Positions 37,252-48,432 of a stretch of DNA of 64,000 nt are shown here, in pieces (the first letter of the stretch is position 1; each line of letters opens with the position of its first letter). Both the position numbers and the translations under genes were made by a program. The notes under the pieces were generated by a model. It was not told the origin of the DNA and ran no database searches. It worked only from the letters and a program-made list of their open reading frames with translations. The DNA comes from Amphiscolops sp. MND2022 (taxonomy: Eukaryota). The DNA lies in contig OZ076409.1 of assembly GCA_964187785.1 (NCBI GenBank), positions 60,700,001-60,764,000 of the forward strand, read 5' to 3'.

Positions 37252-38638
37252 AATTTGCTTGTTCTGGATGCAGTGGGATTGGCCCAAATATGACTCAGGT
37301 ATGTCCACACGGGGATTACCACGCAATTCATAAGTTTCAAAATGGTGGAAGGCGTGATGAATTGATTTTGTACAAGAGGTTCCAAAACTCCATGGCTTTT
37401 TCTGCTTTTCTTGAACATTTCTCGAATTGTGCTCGAAAATACAATTTGTTATCGATTGTGATACCGAGCGCTGTTGACTCTGTCGCGAACTTTATTGTGT
37501 TTCCTTGCAACACTATATTCTTTGTAGGTTCTCGGATTTCTTCACGGATACTTGAAAAGATGACAACTTCTGTTTTCGGCACCGAGATTTTAAGACGCCA
37601 CTTTCCAATCCATTTTGTAATTTCTTCGCAATCTTTTTGAAGATGCGAAAGAGCTTCTTCTATCGAGTCACCTGCTGAAACATGTGTGGCGTCATCAGCG
37701 TACTTTTCAGTTTTACCTTTGCATTGTTGGAACATTTCTGCAATGTAAAAGATATATAAGATTGGGGAGAGAATGCTTCCTTGAGGGAGGCCAACTTCTG
37801 GTTTGAAGCTTTCTGATCGGTTCTCGCCTATATCGATGTAAACGTTTCTGTTTCGGAGATAATGGTCAATGATGTTCAAAATGTAGCTGTTTATTCCTGC
37901 TTCACGGAGTTTGTACATGAGACCGTCAATCCAAATCGAGTCGAATGCTTTCTCGAGGTCGATGAAAAGGGCAGCCGCCACTTTTCCTTGCTGAATAATA
38001 TTTTGAATATTGTCTAAGAGTTTATGAATGCATCTACCAGTGCCTCTCCGCTTTCTGAATCCTTCTTGGCTGTCATCGATCAGCCCTTTCGCCTCCAAGT
38101 CATTTCTCAATCGTCTCTCTAATATGCGTTCATTCAGCTTTCCTACGTAGGAAGTGAGTGTGATTGGTCTGTAGCTGTTTGCGACATTATAGTCTTCTTT
38201 GTGAGGTTTTCGGAGGAAAATGACTTTACCTAAATTCCAAATGTAGGTGCCTGTATGTGAGCAGAGGTTAAAAAGCTTGAGGCAGGCAATTTTGAAGAAA
38301 GTTCCGGTGTGACGAAGCATGAGTGGATGTATGCCATCTGGGTCGGAGGACCTCTTGCTTGTTTGAGATTCCTTCAGAGCGTTGTCAAGCTCTTCTTCTC
38401 TTATCTGTATGCTCGGTGGTTGCAAATAATCCGGATGGAGATTTGCCGTGAGTTTGTCTTCGACATTTCTCAACCAAGATTCGTCAAACATATTTCCGCC
38501 AAGGTGGCTGTCGGAGAAAAACGTAGAGCGAAGATGTTTAAACTTATCAGCGTCACTATCTAGAACTTTGCCATTTGAAATAAAACATCCCATTGGTATT
38601 GTTTCTCTGGTACGAGTAAACAAATTTTTGGCTTTCCA
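37252..38638 (-). mobile_element. Second copy of the LINE-B RT region, truncated at both ends
   Basis: Near-identical to 29177-30503; 437-aa ORF with YADD. Confidence 0.92.
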
Positions 38639-38819
38639 TATGAAGAACAAAAGGAATTTACAAACACCAACATTTTTGTCAATGATGATCTCACCCCCCT
38701 TCGTGCTAAATTAACACGTTATTTGAGGAAAAGAGATAATGTTCGCATTGTGGTTAGTTAACGAAAAAATAATTCATAAAAAATAAAAATTTTATTCATG
38801 AATAATGATGTTATTTTTT

Positions 38820-41800
38820 CCTTTCCTCTGTGCCCTTGAGGAACTCAAAAAGATCAATGTTCTGCTGCTGGGGATATGTCTCCTGTCATCGAGGCTGACA
38901 GCATTGAACAATACGGGCGCGGAGAAAATGTAAGGATATTTGTTGTGGAGGAGGAACCGGGCGAAGACGATTTGCAAAGGTGGTTAGTGTGGCTGAGAAA
39001 GCAGGTGTGTCAATAACAAAAAATGATGTTAGTATCTGCCATCGCTTACCAAGTGGTGGTACTGGCCCTAAACCACTGATTGCCAAGTTTGTAAGACGAG
39101 AAACTAAACACCAACATATTGAGAACAAAAGGAATTTACAAACACCAACATCTTTGTCAATGATGATCTCACCCCCCTTCGTGCTAAATTAACACGTTAT
39201 TTGAGGAAAAGAGATAATGTTCGCATTGTGGTTAGTTAACGAAAGAATAATTCATAAAAAAAATAAAAATTTTATTCATGAATAATGATGAAAAGTTGGT
39301 TTTGACAACCTGTACAAGCTCCAAAAATGGGACGCTGAACTATTTAATTGTGCTTACAAAAGTCTGAAAAAGTACTCCCCGAGACATTGGGTTATCTGAC
39401 AAAATAATTTTTTGTATGCTGAACTTTTGATGTTTTGCTGTGGTGACATTGAACTGAATCCAGGTCCTGAGATGAGCTACGAATACTTTGTCAAAGTTTC
39501 TGAGAAGTATAAAAACAACTTACGCTTTGTTCGTCTGAATTTCCAAGATCTATCTAAAAAGCAAATCCAATTGAAGTCTTTTGTCAACGACATGGGCAAA
39601 ACGCTATTATTGGGATTTCTGAAAGTTGACTCACTACCAATGATAAAATATCTTCATGTAATGTGGCTCCGAAAACTCAAACTTTTCAGACGTGACAGAA
39701 GTTCAACTAACTGTAAGTAGGGTGGAGGAGTAATGCTTTTTGTACCCTTGAAACTAGCTAGCTCCCAGGGAACGTGATGATTCAAATCTTTTCGATAACT
39801 CAACTTTTGAATCGCTATGGGTAGAATGTCGCTGTAATTTTTTAAAAAACAGTGAGTCTAAAATACTCTTGAATATAACTTACAATCCCTTGAAGAAATA
39901 CCAAATTGATATCCTCGGGCAATTAATGACAAACCTTGATAATGCATCTTGTGAATCATTCATGAGAATAACTCATATTGGTGACTATAACTTGGATTAC
40001 CTCACTCCGCTTGAAAAAGAAAATCTGGACACAGTAGTGTTACCTTATGGGTTTACAGTAGCCACTCCATGTTTACCAACTCGAGTGTGCAAGTCCACAA
40101 AAACTCACATTGATCACATACTAGCTGAAAATATTGATGACACTTTTGTTTTTGACACTCCCTTCAAAACTGATCACTTCTGCTGTTTTGTTCACAGAAG
40201 TCAGTGCGGGTAAACAAAAGTGCATAAGGCTAGGCATATTTGATAAGACAAAATACGTAAAGGATGCTTTTTGCCAAAATTGTCAGATATTCCATGGTTC
40301 AAAATTTATCATTGTTCAAGTGGGGGAAGTAAATAACTTCTAAATAAATAACTTCTAATTAATATAGTAAACAACTTCTAAATAAATAAGTTCTAAAATT
40401 ATTTTAGTAAATAACTTCTAAATTTCAATGGCATCTAGTAAATAACTTCCAAACAGCTATTTTGACGTAATTATTTCCATAACGTCGTTAGCTATGTTCA
40501 CATACCCCTAGTTCCCTAAATGCAGGAGCGAAGCGAAGCGGAGCGACGTGCCATATGGCCATGCCTCAAAGTTGCTACTTGGTGAAGGGAGCGAAGCAAC
40601 CGAGCCATACAACAAATATGCTAATCTTTTCAAATAACAGTTTTCGGAATAATAGAACGGTAAGTTTATTTTCGGAATAATGGAACGGTTAATTTATTTT
40701 CGGAATAATGAATAGCAATCTTTACTAGAATGATTTTAGAAGTTACCAGACGCAAATGCATTTTAGAAGAAGTTATTTACTAATATAATTTTAGAACTTA
40801 TTTATTTAGAAGTTATTTACTAATATAATTTTAGAACTTATTTATTTAGAAGTTATTTACGTGATCCGTTCAAGTACTAATGATATGTTCAATATGTTTG
40901 TTTATTTGCTATCAAGTGCCCTGGAAAAGCATGCTTCTTTCAAAAACGTTTTTCTGAAGAAAAAACTCCGAGATTTTTCAAAGAGACTTGGTTTGACGAG
41001 GAATGCAAAAACTTACTACGTGAACGGCAGCTGGCCTACGAAAAATTTTCTAAGATTTCATCAACCGAAAACTGGTCTGCTTATAGTAAACTACGATTGA
41101 AAATATCGTCTGCCGTGAAAGAAAAACAAAAACGATTTTCTTGGAATTGTTTTATCTCTCTCAAATCGTCGAAGGACCGCTGGAACTTTATAAACAACGT
41201 AAGGGGTCAAAATCAATCAGTTAACATTGCAGCTTTGAAAAATTCTATTGGAGACTTTATTGTTGATGATAAGAAAATTGCGGAACACTTCAACCTTGTA
41301 TTCTCAAATCTAGGTACATATTCTGGTAAAGAGTATGAGGGTGCTCCTATATATAAGGCTGGTGATGAGTTGTTCAGCTTTTTAATAGAAAAAGATTGCT
41401 ATGATATTCTGAAACAGATAAAACCTCACAAACGAACTGGCCCTTGCAAATTACCTGCTTGGGCAATTCTTGACGGTCAACAAATCGTGTAGTCCCTCAT
41501 CTGACATTCGTTTTGAATGAATCCATTAAGGATTGTGTGTTCCCCTCAATGCTAAAATGGGCAGTGATAGCCCCAATTTTCAAAAAAGATGATATCTTGG
41601 AACCATTAAATTATCGCCCCATTTCTATCACTACTCCCTTCTCTAAAATCCTCGAGAAAGGTTTGCACTCTTACGCAGAGAGTTGTGAGATACTCACACC
41701 ACTTCAATTTGGTTTTCGATCGAAAGTTTCTGCGAAAGGTGCTGTTTTGTAGTTTATTGAAACAATCCAACACAAGATCGAAATTGGAAATTTTGTACCT

Positions 41801-42640
41801 GCTGTCCTATTTGATCTATCAAAAGCATTTGGCTCACTTTCACACCAAATTCTTCTGAAGAAACTTCAGTCGTTACATTTTTCGCCTTCATGATACAAAT
41901 CGTGGAAAGGTTTTTGACTGGTCGATTCCAACATGTGTCTGTAAATGGTGTTCTATTTGAATGGATTGAATTGAGACAAGGAGTTCCCCAAGGAAGAGTC
42001 AAAGGACGGGTATTTTTCAAGATGTTGGTGAATGATCTTCCAGAACTTGTAAGCAAAACCGCTCACGTTTTACATTATGCTGATGTAATGATCAAAAATC
42101 CGAGATTGCTCTTGATGTATTACAAGACGAAATATAAAAGTTAGACGAATAAATTTGTTGAATAGAAGTAAAACCGAATTCATTACCTTCTCCCTCAAAA
42201 TGGTAAACGACTTAGAGACAGTTACTGTAGGCTCCACCATAGTGAAGAAGTCAGGCCATTGCAACTACTTGGGTGTAACCATTGATGAACACCTTGGATT
42301 CCCAACACAAGTTAAAAAGGTGCTAAAAAATATGGCAGTCGGTATAGAAACTGTTGAAACCGTGCAACACAGGTTCCCAACAGGAGTACTTATGCTTTTC
42401 CACGCACTTGTGATGAGTCACCTGGACTATTCTGTTTTTCTTCAAAATTAGTTCTTTATTACTCTCATTAGAAAAATAGATGAATTGGGTTCAGTATATC
42501 AGTATACGTCAGTTGATTATGTTCAAATCCCTGATATACTTCTTTCAGTACATTAATAATCAGAAAAAAGTTTTTCAAAATCAATCGAAATTACTTACCC
42601 ACGGCAACATATCGATGGAATTCCCGTACCAATCAAGTTA
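38820..42640 (+). mobile_element. L2/CR1-like LINE, copy 3 (longest; ORF1 end, 2A-like motif, EN, RT), degraded
   Basis: IGDYN, THIDHI, TDH (EN); NYRPISI, QFGFR, DLSKAF, GVPQG, YAD, YLGV (RT). Confidence 0.9.
40322..40867. mobile_element. MITE with GTAAATAACTTCTAA subrepeats, inserted in L2 copy 3
   Basis: Long imperfect TIRs with GG..CC ends; 8-bp TSD GTTCAAGT (40314-40321, 40868-40875). Confidence 0.88.
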
Positions 42641-42689
42641 TCTATATGGGTAATTTTTCATCAGTTTCAACTTCCTACTCATCGGTTTT

Positions 42690-43570
42690 AGGAGTCGGAA
42701 AAAATTTTTCGACTACTTTTGCAATCGTGCTGTTTTTTTTCTCCCGACCTTTTCATGAAAATTTCAAGTTTCTCAAATACTGTCCATACGATTTCCACGA
42801 AAAATCGTATGGTTGGGATGTGAGAAACATAGCCAAAATTAGCCCAAAAATGGCCAAAAAACAGCGATTTTTCGACTTTTTTCGATTTTCTCAAAAACTG
42901 TCCATACGATTCGAACGAAACTTTCTACAGACGTTCTACATCATAATGGAGTCCTATATGTGCAATGGCATCAAAATCGAATGACTGGGATGTGAGAAAT
43001 TAGGCCAAAATTAGCCCAAAAATGGCCAAAAAACCGCGATTTTTCGACTTTTTTCGATTTTCTCAAAAGCTGTCCATACGATTCGAACGAAATTTTCTAC
43101 AGTTATTCTACACCATATTAGAGTCTTATATGTGCAATGGCATGAAAATCGTATGGCTGGGATGTGAGAAACAGCCAAAATTAGCCCAAAAATGGCCAAA
43201 AAACACTCATTTTTCGATTTTTTCTATTTTCTCCAAAACTGTCCATACGATTCGAATGAAATCTTGTACAGTCATTCTACACCATGTTATGGTCCTTTGT
43301 GTGTAATTTCAACAAATTCGTATTGCTGGGATGTGAGAAACATAGCCTAAATTAACCCAAAAATGGCCAAAAAACAGCCATTTTTCGACTTTTTTTGACT
43401 TTTGCTAAAACTGTTCATACGATTCGAAGGAAAATTTTTACAGTCCTTTTCTACACCATAGTATGGTCCTATGTGTGCAATTCCAATAAATTGTTATGAC
43501 TGGGATTGGGACGAGTCAGAAGAAAAAAACCTAAGCCTACTCCTTTACCGCATATGCGGCTCTGGTTTCA
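42690..43570. repeat. Interspersed element with internal ~172-bp tandem repeats, copy 1
   Basis: Starts AGGAGTCGGAAAAAATTTT; repeated GGGATGTGAGAAACATAGCCAAAATTAGCCC units; ends GCGGCTCTGGTTT. Confidence 0.88.
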
Positions 43571-45299
43571 TTATACTTCACCGAAGTGGAACCCACTACC
43601 GCTGCATATGCTAGATCCAAGTGTGAGCCTACATGTATTCAAAAGTCGATTGAAAATTCATCTGGACAAAGTCAAATGCTGTTCCTATTCAAGTAGCTAG
43701 TGCCTGGCCTGATTTCCGCTTCAAATAAAACTTCTTTCTCAAAATTATTCGTGAAATTCGATAAAACTACTTATGCTTGAATAAGTAGCTTACACTTCTT
43801 GTATGGTAAGCTGTCAGCTATCCCCTCACAATAATATAGTTGTTTTCTGTCTTGAAAGTTTTAAAAGTATTCTTCTTGACAAAGTGTTTTGAGAACCGAA
43901 AGGTCCCCTTTTAGGTTTTTCGACACTATGATGGGTTGTTTGATGTTTCGAGTGGCCCATGCACGCTATATCCGAATTTTTGACGTTATACCCGAAGTTA
44001 AGTTGCGTTCACTAAAAAGTAGGCGGAAGTTCGAAAATATTGGGCTGCATCCGATTTTTTGACGTCATATCCGAACTATATGGAATTAGTATTAATCCTT
44101 AGTATTACGTTTTACCAAGGAGAAGGCAGATGTTCGAAAAAAAAATCGCTCCCATTTGACCCAGTACGCTATATCTGAATTTTTGACGTTATATTCGAAG
44201 TGAATTGCGTTCATCCGAGGAGTCGGGGTTTCGAAAAAAGCGTACCCGTTTTTCCCAGCATGCTATTTCCGAATTTGTGACGGTATATCCGAACTGAATT
44301 GAAACTGCGCTTTTTGAGACGTTCCCGTCTTGATAATTATTTTATCATCGCCCAGCTGCATAGTACAGTTTTTAAGGAAAAATATCTTTGACAGTGGGAA
44401 GGTTTTGTTAGATGGCATATCTCACACTGAGTGGTACTGTGGTAGAGATGTCATTTAATTACCAAAGTTTGTAAATACCGAAGTCACAGAAAATTAGATC
44501 AACTTTTGTCATCAAGTACCTGTGAAAGAACTAAGTGTGGGAACGTCATAGCTTTCACCGTTCTGTTACATTTTGCCAATAAAGCATTTCTACCAAATTC
44601 TGTTCTTTCGCCAATCTCGTAGCAATCGTTAACATGTACACTTTTTACACATAAACTTTATGATCATGAAAGGTCCCCTCTTACACATATTTGCGTGAAA
44701 TAGGAGAAAGCATGAGACCAAAGTGTACTCTTTGTGAGTATTTTAGTCGGCGCATTTTCCTTTAGGGAAAAAGCCCGATTTATAGTGTCAAGTTTTAAAA
44801 CTACAGGACCGGCAAGCGAAAACGAATCTAAGTTAGTGTAAGGGGTCCCCCTTTCATTTATTCCATTTTAAAATACAAAATAGGACGAGACTGTACCCCC
44901 TTCCTTTAAATTATTTTTCCGTAATGTGTGACTTTTTCGAATTTCTCTTCAAAGGGTTCTCCTTCAATTTTTTTGCAATGAACTCGAGTTTCAAAAATCC
45001 CAAAGGGTCTCCCCTTTTACTTTTCTCGGCACTTTGAGACTGTTTCAAAATTCTTTTTTGGTTTGAAATTGAGTTTTCTCAATATATACCCACAAATATT
45101 TTTTATTAAACTCCAAAATTTTGACGTAATATCCGGAGTAGAGCGCTATATCCAAACTTTTGACGTTATATCCGAAGAAATTTGCGTTTTACTGAGGAGG
45201 AGGCATCGGATCGACCTTTTTATGCCTTAGACATTTAGACGTTACTGTCTTGTTTCTTTTTTAACGACTTTAAATTTCGCCAAATGGACACTTTACATT

Positions 45300-45790
45300 C
45301 GAGCGCCCCAATGAAATAATTTTTGTAGAAGTGTAAGTTGAGAACAATAGGTCTTTTCTATATTCTCAAGCATTTTCTCAGCGTATTTTTTGGATGTATA
45401 GTCGAAGCGTCCAGAACTCATAAAATTCATCAGGGTGGTTCAAAGTTTGATAATTCTCGTCATCATAAAATGTTTTTGCTATCCTCGCCATGATGCCATG
45501 GTCGGATCGTCGAAGCTCCTAGCACTCGGATGCTAAAAGGAATGTCGGAGATGTGGCTCTATACAAGTGAAATTTCGTCTCTATGGGTAATATCGATGAC
45601 GTGCTTCGGCACAAAAGGAAGAAGCATTTCATTGCTTTGCCGATTCGGTACTTGACATGGACGCTCCAATTTAGGTTATCGCTGATCATCAGCCCAACGT
45701 CGCTAACAGACTTTTTGTTTTTCTGTTGGGTTCCTGCCGAGCATAAAGTTTCGGCCACATGGGATAAACTGTCTGTGGGCAACTCTGAAT
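45300..45790 (-). mobile_element. Degraded LINE ORF2 3' fragment
   Basis: DVGLMISDNLNWSVHV...LYRA resembles the post-RT region of LINEs. Confidence 0.65.
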
Positions 45791-45877
45791 TCAGTTATCG
45801 AGCGTTTATTGTAATTAAAGAAAAGGTGGTTTTCAGAAGTAATTTGTTTACGGAGCGTTTCCTATGCTTGCATATAC

Positions 45878-47080
45878 TATAGTACTAAAAAGATAGGCAC
45901 TTCAAGTTTTGAACAACTTTTTAGTTCAGCTTCAGTTCCAAAACAGAAGTTCACATTGTTCAAACAGTTCAAACGTTGTTTTTCTCATGAAAATGCGAAA
46001 ATGGCTTGACTCTCATTTTGTTTGCTAAATTGTTACATTAAAAATGTTGGATTTTCTTACCGAGAGATACAAGAGAAGCTCGAAATTAAATCTACAGTTT
46101 CAAATGCCTACTTACGTTACAAAAAAAATTCTTGCATCCCTGAGACACCTACTGGCAGGCCAAAAAAACTTACGAAAAAGGCGAAAAGAAGCCCGTGACC
46201 GATTCGAATGTTTTAAAGAATCTCATGGTGAGTTTGGAAAAGTGAGTACGCTTTAACTCATTTTCGACCAAAGAATCCATTTCGAGGCAGACGATTGGAA
46301 AGATTTTAAGGAAACACGGAATTAGAAGCCGGATTGCAGCTCAAAAGTTAAATATAAAGCGTGAACACAAGATTAAGCGTCAAAAATGGTGTAAATTGAT
46401 GAAAAGTAAGCCTTTGAGTTACTGGCAGAATGTGGTATTTACCGACAAAACTCGTAAGACTAACAAGTGATGAGATCGTGGGAGTTTTAAGAAAAAATGG
46501 AACAAGGTACAATGTAGAAAACTTGAAAAAAGTTAGCAAAGACAAAAGATCGCTCATGTTTTGGGAAGCAATACGTTTTGATGGCCGCAAAATGCTTATT
46601 AAGTGCTTGAACGACATGAATAGTGATGAATAAGTGAAAGTTTTGCAGAAATACCAAGAAAATAGCCATTTTGTCTTACTTTATCAGCAAGACAACGCCC
46701 CTATCCATAAAGCGAAGAAATATATGGATTACCGAAAACAGCTGGAAAATCTTGGATTGGCCCGTATATAACCCTGGCCTGAACCCTATTGAGAATTTAT
46801 GGACCATTGTTAAGGAACGATTGCGCAAACAGACAGTTTTTCTTGAAACAGAAAAATTCTCGAAGTTTGGAACAATATTGATCAAGAAACTGTAGCAAAA
46901 TTATATGAATCTATGGAAAGTAGAACCGAAAATGTGTCCCGTGTGAAAGGCGCACCAATTGGAAACTGAACTGCTAATTTGATTGAATAAAGTAATGTTT
47001 TCTGTTTAAAATGTTCTTTTAAGAAATCTCCAGGGGTACCTATCTTTTTTAGTCGGCACTTTTCTAAAGAGTCGACTATA
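45878..47080 (+). mobile_element. Degraded Tc1/mariner DNA transposon
   Basis: Frameshifted transposase motifs WQNVVFTD, QQDNAPIH, DWP...LNPIENLW; TIR remnants ACTAAAAAGATAGG / CCTATCTTTTTTAGT with TA ends (left TIR internally deleted). Confidence 0.9.
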
Positions 47081-48261
47081 GTCATGGCATTTCGTCAGTG
47101 TTTTTTTTGAAAATATTTTTTCGATACACCTGAAGTGACCAAAATAGTTCTATCCCAAAAGTTCTACAAATTTTCAAGAAGCCGCCAAATTGTACCCGTT
47201 GGCCCAAGGAACTGAATCAAAAAGGTTTCCCGCGTAAATACAATACCGGACGAGACCAAAGGGTGGTCCGCCCTTTCAGTTTTTTCGGCATTGCGAGACT
47301 TTTTCAATTTTTTTTAAAATAGGGTCCCCAATTCACCAATAGTTTGGCATTTTGAAGTCTTTTTGCTATTTTTGAGCCTTAGATATGGCGCCGACTTGGC
47401 CCGGTCCCGGCTTGTTATACCATAGTGTGCGTATATCTACATTGCAATCCCTTCCACGTCCGGTTCAATCAAGAAAACGTCTGAAGGAGGGTTCGTTAGT
47501 TGGCTTTGGAATAGGCTGTTGCATGGTTTCTTCATTTACTCAAAACATGTCCCTCCATTAACGTGTTGATACCGTTAGCGAAGATCGATATTTCGACAGG
47601 AAACAAAAACTTTGGTTCAAAAAACTCCGAAACGTAGTTTTTGGATTGTAACATCAATCTGGCAGTTCGTCTACAGACTACTGCCTCGTGTTATTGATGA
47701 GCTAAAGTAGGCCATTGAGGATCTGGATTTGAGCAAATCAACAGGTGTGCTTCAAAAAATGAACCTATTCAACTAATTTTAACGAAGTGTCCTACAGGAT
47801 GTTGCCCAGAGTCTTGCGAAATTTATCGGCGCAAAAATCAAACTGCTGTCTAGAATAGGTTTAAAGAAATACTTCTACCAAGACTCTTAAACCACTTTTT
47901 ACTTTTCCCCCAACTGGAACCCCATCTTGCTCAACCGAAAAGCTGTCAATGAAAGAAGCTAAACAATGAAAGAAAAAATGTTCGGATTTTTTTTCACAAA
48001 GTGTCTCCGGTGAGTCGCACAGTGCCGAAAACCCTAAGGAGTCCTCTATGCTCGCAAAACCTCTGGTTTTTAGTAAAAATCAAGCGAGGCTTCGATAAAA
48101 GTCGAATAGTCCCGAAAAAACACAGGTCTCAAAAATCGGATAGTATTGAAAAAAATATTGGTAGGTATGTATTGATAAAACCTAATATCAGACAAAAAAT
48201 AAGAATGTTTGGACAGTTCCATAATGCCAAAAAATCTTAAAGGGACCCTTTGGGTTTTTTT

Positions 48262-48432
48262 AGGAGTCGGAAAAAATTTTCGACTACTTATCCATTCGTG
48301 TCGTTTTTTTTCTCCCGACCTTTCGATGAAAATTTAAAATTTCTCAAAAACTGTCCATACGATTTTCATAAAATTTTGCACAGTCATTCTACACCCAAAG
48401 GGGCCCCTGCGTGCGCAAAGGCATCAAAATAG
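48262..48432. repeat. 5' fragment of the 172-bp-repeat element
   Basis: Matches 53583-53750. Confidence 0.8.

Noticed and set aside
42800..43500. Regularly spaced repeats resembling a CRISPR array
   Set aside because: The whole 172-bp unit repeats (no unique spacers), there are no cas genes, and the context is eukaryotic.
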